From assembly GCA_039932335.1 (NCBI GenBank), contig JBDTQH010000028.1:3728-67727 (forward strand): a stretch of 64,000 nt of DNA, in the 5' to 3' direction. This DNA comes from Chloroflexota bacterium (lineage in GTDB: Bacteria; Chloroflexota; Chloroflexia; QHBQ01; JADMIH01). Numbering within the stretch: the stretch's first letter is position 1; each line of letters begins with the position of its first letter. Below are positions 28,932 through 38,570 of this stretch, piece after piece. The position numbers were made by a program, and so were the translations under genes. The notes below the pieces were generated by a model that saw only the letters and a list, made by a program, of their open reading frames with translations, made no database searches and was not told the DNA's origin.

Positions 28932-29972
28932 ATGCCGGAGACTATGCGCGCCCTTTGCAAGACCCGTCCCGAGGCCGGCGCAGAACTTATCGAAGCCCCA
29001 ATCCCGGAAGTTGGACCCGACGATGTGCTCGTCAAGATACGCGCCTGCACAATCTGCGGCACCGACCTGCATGTCTATAACTGGGATCCGTGGGCGCAGG
29101 AGCGGATTAAGACGCCGCTGATCTTCGGGCACGAATGCTCAGGAGATATAGTGGAGCGCGGGCGCAATGTGCGCGATATACAGATAGGCGATTTTGTGTC
29201 GCTTGAAACGCATATCACCACACAAGACTCGTACCAAACAAAGATTTGCCAGGCGAACGTCGATCCTGGCGTGAAGATACTGGGCATTGACCGCCAGGGG
29301 TCGTATGCGGAATACGTGTCGGTCCCGGCTAAAGTTGCCTGGAAGAACCCTTCGGATATGGCCCCCGATATCGCCTCGATACAGGAGCCGTTCGGCAACG
29401 CGGTATACACTGTATTGAGCGCGCCTGTGACGGCAAAGACGGTGCTCGTGACAGGGTGCGGGCCGATAGGGCTGTGGGCAGTGGGCATAGCGAAGGCAGC
29501 AGGCGCGAAGGCTGTGTATGCCACTGATATAAACCCGCTGCGGCTGGAGATTGCTATGCAGATGGGCGCGACGCTTGCGATCAATAGCGCGGAAATGGAC
29601 CCTGTTGAGGTTATCAAGCGCGAGACAGGCGGTATCGGTGTGGACGTGCTTTGCGAGATGTCGGGCAACTGGCGTGCCATTAAGCAAGGTTTTGCCGCGC
29701 TCAGGAACGGCGGGCGCGTTTCGATGCTAGGCATCCCGCCACGCCCCATTGAGCTGGATTTGGCGAACGATGTGGTGTTCAAAGGTGCGACCATTTATGG
29801 CATATCAGGCCGCCTTATCTGGGAGACATGGTACCAGACCCAGGCCCTGATCACGACAGGCATGGTGGACCCCGCACCTGTGATTACGCACAGGTTCAAG
29901 CTGGAAGAGTTCGCGGAGGCGTTTCGCCTTATGAACGAGGGGGCGGCGGCTAAGGTCGCGCTCTTCCCTTGA
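28932..29972 (+). CDS. tdh: L-threonine 3-dehydrogenase
   Basis: ICGTDLHVYNWDPWA, GHE, QEPFGNAV, GCGPIG, EMSG, ISGRLIWETW; RBS GAGGAG. Confidence 0.9.
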   Translation: MPETMRALCKTRPEAGAELIEAPIPEVGPDDVLVKIRACTICGTDLHVYNWDPWAQERIKTPLIFGHECSGDIVERGRNVRDIQIGDFVSLETHITTQDSYQTKICQANVDPGVKILGIDRQGSYAEYVSVPAKVAWKNPSDMAPDIASIQEPFGNAVYTVLSAPVTAKTVLVTGCGPIGLWAVGIAKAAGAKAVYATDINPLRLEIAMQMGATLAINSAEMDPVEVIKRETGGIGVDVLCEMSGNWRAIKQGFAALRNGGRVSMLGIPPRPIELDLANDVVFKGATIYGISGRLIWETWYQTQALITTGMVDPAPVITHRFKLEEFAEAFRLMNEGAAAKVALFP

Positions 29973-30029
29973 TGGAAATGAGCAGCCATCACGCTGGGTG
30001 ATCCTTCGTGTTTGGGTGGATTGCGAACA

Positions 30030-30140
30030 CCCCTCACCCCCAACCCCCTCTCCCCGCTTCGCGGAGAAAGGGGGCTTTTTATTTGAGAAGGAGATGGGGA
30101 CACCCCATACCCCGGACAGGGAGCGCCCTGTCAACCCCTT
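30030..30140 (+). repeat. REP-like CCCTCACCCC composite repeat
   Basis: Very similar to 14226-14345. Confidence 0.75.
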
Positions 30141-30269
30141 GTGTCAGTCTGAGACTAAACCGATGATCGCGGACAGGGCGCTCCCTGTTATGCGCTGCTA
30201 ACTGGATAGGGGAAAGCGACCGAGGCCGGGGCTGAAGCAAAGTCGGTATGGTGAGTGCCCTCTGGGCGG

Positions 30270-30351
30270 TGTCATTCTGAACGAAGTGAAGAATCAACCT
30301 CCATAGCAATCTGCCAGGCGTAGTGATTCTTCGCTGCGGCTCAGAATGACA
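30270..30351. repeat. GTCATTCTGA REP-like palindrome pair without TIRs
   Basis: TGTCATTCTGAACGAAGTGAAGAATC...GATTCTTCGCTGCGGCTCAGAATGACA; GAATCAACCTCCATA is the reverse complement of 20030-20044. Confidence 0.75.
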
Positions 30352-30642
30352 AAGTCTAGTTGGTAGTCGGTTCAACAGAATTTCCGACTTTGTATCAGAT
30401 CTGCAACCGAAGTGGGGTCCTAACTCGGTGGGCGGTTATCCACTATATAATAGGTGGTGTATAGCGGAATCTACGTAAATCTACGTAACCTACAGTGGAA
30501 CCTGAGGAGGCAAGAGACGTTATAATAGAGACAATTGCTCAATTACGGCCACTTTGTTACCTTGTGCCGCCTGTTTCATAGGGCGCGCAATATACATTTA
30601 TGAGTTGGACATTATACTTTTAGCGTCACAGGAGGACCAAAC

Positions 30643-32658
30643 TTGAATAAACAGAAAGCCATTTCGTTGGGCGGAGCCTTTATGCTCATAGCTACGGCGG
30701 TACCTTCCAGCCTGCCTGGGCCTTTAGCATCGGCGGCTCCCGCGGCCCCTGTTAGCCAGTTCCAGAACACACCTCCCGACACAACATCCTTCAACAATGT
30801 GTGGGATCGTACCGACTCGCTCGTGGCGACCGGACGCGTGACAAGGTCGTGGTACTGGGGACCGCAGGCGGCATGGACGACCCGCGAACTATATGTGGAC
30901 GATCCCACGGGCACGCAAACTCGCCTTGTGCAGTACTGGGATAAGAGCCGCATGGAGATCAACAATCCCAACGGTGACAAGAGTGATCCTTTCTTCGTGA
31001 CCAACGGCCTGCTGACAGTAGAGCTTATTTCCGGCCAGATGCAGACAGGCAACAACACATTCGAGTCGCGACAGCCCGCAAGAATCGTGATCGCAGGCGA
31101 CACGGACGATCCGACTGCCGTAACCTATGCGTCGTTCGCCGGCAAAGCTAACGCGGGCGGCGACCATCCCGACCCGAACAAAAGCGGACAGAAGGCTACA
31201 TCCACCCTTACCCGCGATGGAACGGTGGGAACGGATGCCGGCAAAGCTAATATCCCCGGCACCGATTACGCCTACTTCGACGATGTAACCAAGCACAACG
31301 TACCTAAAGCGATGTGGGACTTCCTCAACGCCCAGGGCCAGGTGAAGGAAGGCGGACAGGTGGTCAACAAGCCGATCAACAACCCCTGGTTCTATGCGAC
31401 CGGACGCCCGATCTCTGACCCATACTGGGTGAAGATCAAGATCGGCGGCAAGCCTGCCGAGACACTTGTGCAGGCGTTTGAGCGCCGAGTGCTCACCTAC
31501 ACGCCCAGCAATCCCGCAGGCTTCCAGGTCGAGATGGGCAATATTGGCCTCCACTATCGCGACTGGCGCTATGTGAGCAACGGCCGCATGAACGCCAACT
31601 TCCCGCTGAAAGGCCCCCGAGCAGGCGCAGCCTTCAACGTGCAGATGTTCTACACCGACAAAGACAGGGTAATCCAGAAGGCGAAGGAAGCGGGCTTCCA
31701 GTATATTCGCCAGCAGGTAGCCTGGACCGACCAGCAGGGGCCGAACCTCTACTTCGCCTGGGGCGAGCTAGACAACGTGATCGAGGCAACCAACCGCAAC
31801 AACATGAAGGTGATACTGTCGGTGGCAAAAGCGCCTGCATGGGCTTCACCCAAGACAAATGGCGGTATGCCTGATAACCCGATCGACTATGGCAACTTCA
31901 TGTATATGCTGGCACGCCACTATAAAGGAAAGGTGGCAGCATACGAAATCTGGAACGAACAGAACCTGAAGGGCGAGAGCGGCGGCGCGGTAAACGCGGG
32001 CCAATACGTCGAGCTGTTGAAGTATGGTTATAGTGGCGTGAAGTTCGCTGACCCTGATGCTGTGGTAATCTTCGGCGCGCCCACTCCTACCGAAGTGAAC
32101 GACCCCAACGTGGCCGTGGACGACGTGAAGTACCTTGAGCAGGTGTACGCCTACGCAGGCGGAGTGGTGAAGAACTACTACGACGTCCTGGGCTCGCACC
32201 CCGGTTCTAACAGCAACACGCCCGACCAACTATACCCCGATAACCCTGGCACAGGGCATTGCCCGCCCAAGTATGCATCGCAGGAAGGCACATGCTGGCG
32301 CAACAAAGCATCCTTCTACTTCCGCCGCATCGAGCAGCAATATGCAACGATGCAGGCCAACGGCGAAGGCAACAAGCAGATGTGGCTTACCGAGTTCGGT
32401 TGGTCTACTTATAACACTGCTAATGGCTACGAATACGGCCAGTTAATCAGCCCTCAGCAGCAGGCTGACTATCTTGTGCGGGCCTTCGAGAAAGGACGCA
32501 CCGAGTATCCGTGGATGGGCGTGATGGCTGTGTGGAACCTCAACTTCTCTACGCTTCCGGAACTATCGCCGGAAGACGAGAAAGTGCCTTGGTCGGTATT
32601 GAACCGCGATTACAGCCCCAGACCAGCCTATACCGCACTGAAGAATATGCCCAAGTAA
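30643..32658 (+). CDS. Secreted protein: Chloroflexota-type N-terminal domain + clan GH-A glycoside hydrolase (GH5/GH39-like)
   Basis: Signal peptide; VWDRTD..RSWYWGP, VQYWDKSRME, VQAFERRVLTYTP; EIWNEQN acid/base and WLTEFG nucleophile. Confidence 0.85.
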   Translation: MNKQKAISLGGAFMLIATAVPSSLPGPLASAAPAAPVSQFQNTPPDTTSFNNVWDRTDSLVATGRVTRSWYWGPQAAWTTRELYVDDPTGTQTRLVQYWDKSRMEINNPNGDKSDPFFVTNGLLTVELISGQMQTGNNTFESRQPARIVIAGDTDDPTAVTYASFAGKANAGGDHPDPNKSGQKATSTLTRDGTVGTDAGKANIPGTDYAYFDDVTKHNVPKAMWDFLNAQGQVKEGGQVVNKPINNPWFYATGRPISDPYWVKIKIGGKPAETLVQAFERRVLTYTPSNPAGFQVEMGNIGLHYRDWRYVSNGRMNANFPLKGPRAGAAFNVQMFYTDKDRVIQKAKEAGFQYIRQQVAWTDQQGPNLYFAWGELDNVIEATNRNNMKVILSVAKAPAWASPKTNGGMPDNPIDYGNFMYMLARHYKGKVAAYEIWNEQNLKGESGGAVNAGQYVELLKYGYSGVKFADPDAVVIFGAPTPTEVNDPNVAVDDVKYLEQVYAYAGGVVKNYYDVLGSHPGSNSNTPDQLYPDNPGTGHCPPKYASQEGTCWRNKASFYFRRIEQQYATMQANGEGNKQMWLTEFGWSTYNTANGYEYGQLISPQQQADYLVRAFEKGRTEYPWMGVMAVWNLNFSTLPELSPEDEKVPWSVLNRDYSPRPAYTALKNMPK

Positions 32659-32680
32659 CACTGCTCCGCGCAGCGAATAC

Positions 32681-32723
32681 AAGCCAAAGGCCCAGGGTAA
32701 TTGCTACCCTGGGCCTTTGGCTT
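32681..32723 (+). terminator. Intrinsic terminator
   Basis: AAGCCAAAGGCCCAGGGTA...TACCCTGGGCCTTTGGCTT. Confidence 0.8.
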
Positions 32724-33008
32724 GTGCATAACCGTGTACCCAGGATTCGTTGAGTCTTTTAGCAAGAATAGTAATGCAAAATGTACTTACATCGGTAAGA
32801 TATTTATGTTATAATGGCCGGGGAATAGCCCTAGCTGTGCCTTTACCGCACACATATTCGCTTTTACCCTGAGCCCCATTCCCTACTGTTCTATGTTGTT
32901 CTACGACATAGCGTACACGGAAAAATTTGACCTTATGGTAAACCGTACATAGAGGGTAGCTGCCCTTACTCTAAGAATGTGTACGGCAACAGGAGAGGTG
33001 AGGACCCA

Positions 33009-34526
33009 ATGGTTACTACTCTTAGTGCACGAGTTCTTGGACAACGCATCAGGCAGATGCGCACAAGGCGTGGCCTTACCCAGCAGGACCTTGCCGGTGA
33101 AGATTACTCCAAGAGCTACATCAGCGCCATTGAGCAAGGCAAGACCAGGCCTTCTCTTGAGGCGCTACAGCGAATCGCGTCACGTCTGGAGATGCCTGCG
33201 GGTACTTTACTCGATCCCGATGCTCCAGGTTTTGCCCCCTTTGACCCTGAGGCTATGCCTCGGCGGGTGCGCAGACGCAGAGGCGTGAGGGCCGGGCAGG
33301 GTCCATCCATGAACGACCCGGCATATATCGATCTCAAGTTATCAGAAGCCGAACAGTTGATTTATACCGGCAATCCGGGTAGTGCACTGGTGATCCTGCG
33401 CACGCTGGTACCCGATGAGCACGGCAATTCAAGCGCTCCCAGGCCGCTCGATGCGGGCCAGCTACAGCGTGGCTACTACCTGGCTGCGATGGCTGCTGTG
33501 CGGCACGGCTCATCGAGCGAGGCGATCGGTTATCTCAATAAGGGGACCCAGTCGGCACTACGCCAGGGCGACCGCGAGATGCAGGAGAGGATGCGTAATG
33601 CGCTCGGTGTCGCCTACTACCAGGCAGACCAACCCCTCTCGGCACTCGAGCAGCACAAGCTTTGCCTGGACAGCATTCAGAGCGGTGTGATTACCGACCC
33701 CAACTTCAAGCTGCAAGTCCATAACAATATAGCCAATGACTACTGGGCGCTGCACGATAACGACCGTGCGATTGCCACCTACAAGACCGCACTCGGACTA
33801 ATGGGTGAGGTGAACAGCATCGAGCGGCAGGCGGCTATCTTCTGGGAGATGGCGTCAAGGCAGGGCGAGCGGGGCACATACCACGTAGCCAACGAGAGCG
33901 CCACCAAAGCACTCAGCCTGTACGAGGCGCTGGACAACATCCGGCTTGTTACCCGCATGGAGAACAAGTACGGAGATATCTTGCTCGATATGGGAGATTA
34001 TGAGGCGGCGGAAGGCTACCTGACGCGCAGCCTCGATCTTGCGGACAGCCTGAACTCGGAAGTGGAGAAGGCGACCGTGCTGACCAACCTTGCCAGAGTA
34101 AGCCTAAAGCGTGACAACACGCAGGAAGCAGGCGAGCGGATAGAGCAGGCAATCGCGCTTGCCCGTGAGGTGTCCAAATCGGATACTAATAGCGGTAGCG
34201 GTGCCAGGACGGGTAAGGGCAAGGACAACGACAAGGGAGATGGCGACGGTAGCGAGAAGAGCCATGCCCAGCGAAAAGTAAAGGCGAACATGGTGCTGGC
34301 CAAGGCGTTGGCGCTGGCGGGAGAAGTGGTAACACGAGGTGGCGACGCCAGGAAAGCCGACGAGCACTTCAACGAAGCGATCAAGATAATCGAGATGAGC
34401 GAAGGTGGCGAAGCATCAAGCGATATCTACCAGCGATACGCACAGGTGCTAGCAGGCCGGGGACAGCACGAGCAGGCCTCTCAGTATTATGAGAGGGCCT
34501 ACAAGGCTGTTACAAAGCGCTTTTAG
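33009..34526 (+). CDS. XRE-family HTH + TPR-repeat transcriptional regulator (RRNPP-like architecture)
   Basis: GQRIRQMRTRRGLTQQDLA...SYISAIEQGKTRPS followed by multiple TPRs; RBS before ATG 33009. Confidence 0.88.
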   Translation: MVTTLSARVLGQRIRQMRTRRGLTQQDLAGEDYSKSYISAIEQGKTRPSLEALQRIASRLEMPAGTLLDPDAPGFAPFDPEAMPRRVRRRRGVRAGQGPSMNDPAYIDLKLSEAEQLIYTGNPGSALVILRTLVPDEHGNSSAPRPLDAGQLQRGYYLAAMAAVRHGSSSEAIGYLNKGTQSALRQGDREMQERMRNALGVAYYQADQPLSALEQHKLCLDSIQSGVITDPNFKLQVHNNIANDYWALHDNDRAIATYKTALGLMGEVNSIERQAAIFWEMASRQGERGTYHVANESATKALSLYEALDNIRLVTRMENKYGDILLDMGDYEAAEGYLTRSLDLADSLNSEVEKATVLTNLARVSLKRDNTQEAGERIEQAIALAREVSKSDTNSGSGARTGKGKDNDKGDGDGSEKSHAQRKVKANMVLAKALALAGEVVTRGGDARKADEHFNEAIKIIEMSEGGEASSDIYQRYAQVLAGRGQHEQASQYYERAYKAVTKRF

Positions 34527-34594
34527 TCAGTTCCTCCTGACAACATGAACGCTCGCAATTCCTCCTGCTCGCAATTGGAGAGAAGATCATAGAT

Positions 34595-34640
34595 AGCAAA
34601 AAGAAGACCTTCCTAATTAAGGGTAGGTCTTCTTTTTGCT
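34595..34640 (+). terminator. Intrinsic terminator
   Basis: AGCAAAAAGAAGACC...GGTCTTCTTTTTGCT. Confidence 0.8.
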
Positions 34641-34737
34641 TAAGAGAAGCGAGAATTTGTACTATTTTACGAAGAAGGTTCTTGCTACCTAACCGAGACA
34701 TGGTGGACGTGGGAACCTCTGGAAACCTGGAGGAACA

Positions 34738-35601
34738 ATGAGAAGGTCACTTTACGCACTGACAATTGCCGTTGTATTGCTGACTATCGGGTTTGTGGTC
34801 TTCAACTCTGCGAGAAGTAGAACAATACCAGCTACGGATAGCGAGTCTGGTGTTTCTCAGGATATGCCATTGGCTATCCCAACTGCGCTGTCTGATCTCC
34901 CAGATATTGAGTTTATTCCCATCTATCCTAAGGCATCAGTAATAAAGACCACGAATAAATCAGTCAGTTTCAGGCAAGTAGTATATGAGGCCGGGGATTC
35001 GTTCTACAAGATAGACGAGTTCTATCGAGATAAACTCGCAAAGAGAGGCTGGAGGTTCCTTAACTCTGACGATACGCTGAGAAGATATGATTGGTCGGAT
35101 CCCTCCGGAAAGTCGCCGTGGCACTTGTACTTGGACGTAGTTCTCGGGTTAACGTCAAACGACTTCAAGACGTTCGTCAATCTCAATTACGGTCGTTACC
35201 CCGATATAGGAGATGGCATGCCTGTCTATCCTGACGCTCAACAAGTAGCTATCAGTCGCTCAGAAAAAGAAGAAGGCACAGGATCAGAGAGAATTCAAGT
35301 GCATATAACTGATAAGACTTATCTCAGTAACGCCAGCCCGCAAGATATTACAAAGTATTATGACGGCTCGCTGCTCGAAGGTGGGTGGTACTTTTTCGAG
35401 CCGGGAACAGGACCATCCGATACTCAAACGGGCGACATAACGTCACAAGACGGTCTCTATTATGTGTCTCAACATAAAGGTGCAAACCCGGGAACGACAT
35501 TAATTTCTGACCTAACTATCACAGCCACATCTAGGAAAGATGGGCTAACGCTCATCACTATGCATGTAGAAGAGGTTGAAAGCCCCAATATGCGGCCTTA
35601 G
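34738..35601 (+). CDS. Hypothetical membrane-anchored or secreted protein with two PxYP...Y-x-x-x-L-x-x-x-GW repeats
   Basis: RBS GGAGG; N-terminal TM; PIYPKA...FYRDKLAKRGW and PVYPDA...YYDGSLLEGGW; visibly AT-richer codons than neighbours. Confidence 0.7.
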   Translation: MRRSLYALTIAVVLLTIGFVVFNSARSRTIPATDSESGVSQDMPLAIPTALSDLPDIEFIPIYPKASVIKTTNKSVSFRQVVYEAGDSFYKIDEFYRDKLAKRGWRFLNSDDTLRRYDWSDPSGKSPWHLYLDVVLGLTSNDFKTFVNLNYGRYPDIGDGMPVYPDAQQVAISRSEKEEGTGSERIQVHITDKTYLSNASPQDITKYYDGSLLEGGWYFFEPGTGPSDTQTGDITSQDGLYYVSQHKGANPGTTLISDLTITATSRKDGLTLITMHVEEVESPNMRP

Positions 35602-35795
35602 TTCCGCAAAGCGTTAATCAGGAGCCGGGTCGAATGGGCTTGATCTGCCCCAGAAACTGAAGGTCCGTCACTTTTGGTGAAGGGTAGCGAGGTCTGAACT
35701 GACCAACGGCCAAAGATTATCCATGCGCCTTTATGGAACAATAACCGAGTAGTGGCAGCATCTGTCTATACTGCCATATCGCTGTTGCTTGTCGT

Positions 35796-36140
35796 CTACG
35801 TGAATAACGTCTCGATTTTTGCCAGTACATCTGCTAATTCAGCGTCAGGCAACCGGTCAATATATTCTGCCCTGCGGACCGCCCAATCCAGGTTCTTTAT
35901 GTGGTCCGACAGTACGACGCCTGTAGCGCGCAAACCGGCAGGCAGATGAACCTCATATGGATAGCCTTTACTCTGGTTGGTAATAGGACATACAAGGGCA
36001 AGCGACGTAAGGCGATTGTACTTTCCCGGTGACAGAACAAGAGCAGGCCATCTACCAGCCTGCTCTCGCCCTGCCTGGGGATCGAAATCTAACCAGATAA
36101 TATCTCCCCTATCGGGTACATAGGCAGCGCTCATGGTCAC
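35796..36140 (-). CDS. mazF: MazF/PemK endoribonuclease toxin
   Basis: PDRGDIIWLDFDPQAGREQAG, ALVLSP, CPIT, DHIKNLDW. Confidence 0.93.
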   Translation of the reverse strand: MTMSAAYVPDRGDIIWLDFDPQAGREQAGRWPALVLSPGKYNRLTSLALVCPITNQSKGYPYEVHLPAGLRATGVVLSDHIKNLDWAVRRAEYIDRLPDAELADVLAKIETLFT

Positions 36141-36379
36141 TATGCTTCGTTACCTACTGCCGGGCCTGTGCCGGTTTCGCCGTGGATGTTTTCAGGCTTT
36201 ATGCCCGCCAGCAGTTCGTCCAGGGTATATTCCGGCCCGACTACTGCCTCGATCAGCAGGTGACCGTCAACTACACGCGCCGTAACTGCGGTGTCCTCTG
36301 TCCAGCCCAATTCATCAGCGAAAGGCTTTGGAATACGATATGCTAAACTATTGCCCCACTTGCTTATTGTCTGGCTCAT
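36140..36379 (-). CDS. mazE: MazE/AbrB-type antitoxin
   Basis: KWGNSLAYRIP, YTLDELLAGI, GPAVGNE; overlaps the toxin start. Confidence 0.92.
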   Translation of the reverse strand: MSQTISKWGNSLAYRIPKPFADELGWTEDTAVTARVVDGHLLIEAVVGPEYTLDELLAGIKPENIHGETGTGPAVGNEA

Positions 36380-36438
36380 TGCGTCCTGCTTTCCAACCCC
36401 ATATACCTGATATTTCGTATATACAATGTTTCTACGCA

Positions 36439-36467
36439 ATAATAGCATCGCCTTGTATGCTTGTCAA
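36439..36467 (-). promoter_or_regulatory. sigma70 promoter of mazEF
   Basis: TTGACA-N17-TATTAT with extended TG; a GTATATAC palindrome downstream is a candidate operator. Confidence 0.7.
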
Positions 36468-36481
36468 GATGTAACGAGCAA

Positions 36482-36658
36482 GTAAGTGTTCAGACTTAGG
36501 GTGGAGCAATCTTACATCCAGGTAAGCCAAGACCCACCCCCAACCCCTCCCACACGTGGGAGGGGAGTCTAAAGAAGGAGGGAAGAGTGGGGGACACCCC
36601 CACGCCCCCGTCATGGGCTTCGCCCCTGCACCCCGCTACCCCTATTCTGGACACTTAC
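36482..36658. mobile_element. IS66-like MITE copy D
   Basis: GTAAGTGTTCAGA...TCTGGACACTTAC; perfect 8-bp direct repeat ACGAGCAA at 36474-36481 and 36659-36666. Confidence 0.9.
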
Positions 36659-36763
36659 ACGAGCAAGAGTAAATGATTTCTACCGCCAGCAACGCACGAC
36701 AACCAGCAAGAAGCGCCCTGGCTTTGGGTGCCAGGGCGCCGTTACCGTCAAGAGAAGCAAGAA

Positions 36764-38182
36764 TTACTTGTGTGTTACGACCATTGTGCCTACGGGGGCC
36801 CATTCGTAGACCCACTTGGCTACATCTACGGGGAGGTTGACGCAGCCGTGGCTCATTGGTTCACCGAAGTTGTTGTGCCAGAACGCGCCGTGGAGTGCAT
36901 AGCCTGAGTAGAAGTAGAGGGTGTAGGGGACATTGGGTATGTTGTAGTAATCCACGCCTTTTGTGCCGCCTTGCATCCTTGTTGTGACGTACTTGGCGTA
37001 CACCCGGTATGTGCCTATCACGGTAGGGTGAAGGGACGTGCCGCTACTAACCCTGGAAGAATAGACGGGGGTTTGCCCTTCGTAGGCAACCATGGTTTGC
37101 GTGGTCAGGTTGACGTCCACCCACTTGGGGCCAAACTTGCCCATGGGCGGTGTCGGCGTGGAAACAGGAGTGGCAGGTGTGCCCGGGTTGTTATTCTGGT
37201 CGTCGCCCTTCACTATTGTGAGCACCTGGCCGACATAAACGAAGTTCGGATCTGTTAGGCCATTCAACTGCATGAGCGCGGCCACCGTCGTGCTGAACGT
37301 CGATGCTATGGAGCTAAGGCTGTCGCCCGGCTTCACCGTATATTTTACCGGCTTGCCAAGCTCAGCCGAGCCGGGCGATTCGACAGCTATCGGCGTAGTT
37401 GTAGTGCCTGCGGTGGGCACAGAGGTGGCGGGAACTTCCGTGGGAACGGGTGTAACCGCGGCGGGTGTGGGAGGCGTGGTGGGTGGAACATCGGTTGGGG
37501 CGGGCTGCTGTCCCTGGTCGGGAACGGTCAGCACCTGGCCCGCATAGATGAAGCTGGCGAGGGTCAGGCCGTTAGCTGCGGCGAGTGCCTGTGCGGTTAT
37601 GCCAAACTTCGCGGCGATGCGACTGAAACTGTCGCCGGGCTGCACGACATATGTACCGGGGTTGGCCTGCTGGGGCGGAGAGGTCGGCTGAGGCTGCGGC
37701 TTCGGGGTGGCGGGAACGCTGTTGCCCGAAGTGCCGATGTTCAGCACCTGCCCGGAATATATAGTGCTGCTGGTGAGGCCGTTGGCCTGCATGATCGCGG
37801 CCACTGTTGTGCCGAAGCGTACTGCAATGGTGCTCAGGTTATCCCCCGGCTGCACGACATAAGTTCCGGATGGTGAGCTGGACGAGCCGCTGTTGCCTGT
37901 GGGCGGCTTCGAGCCGGGCGTGGGGATGGTAAGGCTCTGGCCTACATAGATAACGGAGCGGTTGGGCAGGCCGTTGGCAGATACGAGTTCATCAACCGAA
38001 ACACCATAGCGGGCTGCGATGCTGGTGAGCGTGTCACCGGGCTGCACGTTGTAGCTGGTATCAGCGAAGGCTACACCGGCGCCCACCAGAGGCCCAAGCA
38101 CCAGCAAGGCCACCAGCATCCCTACTATGAAGAACCTGCCTGATATTCCGGCAATTCCTTGCCTCGCAGGTCTATAATTCAT
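36764..38182 (-). CDS. LysM x4 + YkuD L,D-transpeptidase
   Basis: Four YxVQ/KPGDxL/F LysM repeats; ALHGAFW...SHGCVN catalytic motif; signal peptide. Confidence 0.93.
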   Translation of the reverse strand: MNYRPARQGIAGISGRFFIVGMLVALLVLGPLVGAGVAFADTSYNVQPGDTLTSIAARYGVSVDELVSANGLPNRSVIYVGQSLTIPTPGSKPPTGNSGSSSSPSGTYVVQPGDNLSTIAVRFGTTVAAIMQANGLTSSTIYSGQVLNIGTSGNSVPATPKPQPQPTSPPQQANPGTYVVQPGDSFSRIAAKFGITAQALAAANGLTLASFIYAGQVLTVPDQGQQPAPTDVPPTTPPTPAAVTPVPTEVPATSVPTAGTTTTPIAVESPGSAELGKPVKYTVKPGDSLSSIASTFSTTVAALMQLNGLTDPNFVYVGQVLTIVKGDDQNNNPGTPATPVSTPTPPMGKFGPKWVDVNLTTQTMVAYEGQTPVYSSRVSSGTSLHPTVIGTYRVYAKYVTTRMQGGTKGVDYYNIPNVPYTLYFYSGYALHGAFWHNNFGEPMSHGCVNLPVDVAKWVYEWAPVGTMVVTHK

Positions 38183-38451
38183 CAATGTCCTCCATATTAT
38201 GTCAGAAAGGGCAGGAACTATTCCTACTACCTGATCTATATATTAGCCCAATATGAGTGTGAGACGGTTATTATCCACATACCAACGGTAGGCATCTTGA
38301 CATAATCCATGATAGCACCATGGGATGTGCGGTGTCAATGGGATATTATGTCTAGCCTGGGGAGGACTGGGACTGGGGACGGCGTTGTCAGTTGTCAGTT
38401 GTCAGTTACGACGGCAGACCGCCGACCGCCGACCGCTGGCGGTTGGGTTGG

Positions 38452-38550
38452 CGGACTCATCGCAGAGGCGCAGAGTCACGCAGAGGTTATTTAGGTTTGC
38501 ATATTGCTATGGGAAAATAAACATGCGGCACCGTGCAGTTGCGGTCGGCG
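38452..38550 (+). repeat. Dispersed repeat R, copy 5 (divergent)
   Basis: CGGACTCATCGCAGAGGCGCAGAGTCACGCAGAGG...TAGGTTTGC...TGCTATGGGAAAA. Confidence 0.7.
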
Positions 38551-38570
38551 GTCGTCAACCGACTACGCCG

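Noticed and set aside
34527-34737. Signalling-peptide ORF next to the HTH-TPR regulator
   Set aside because: The short ORFs there have no RBS or hydrophobic signal and overlap or abut the terminator.
38271-38279. Perfect DnaA boxes TTATCCACA (also 12722-12730 on the minus strand)
   Set aside because: They are isolated single boxes with no cluster, unwinding element or dnaA nearby, so not an origin. A regulatory role cannot be judged.
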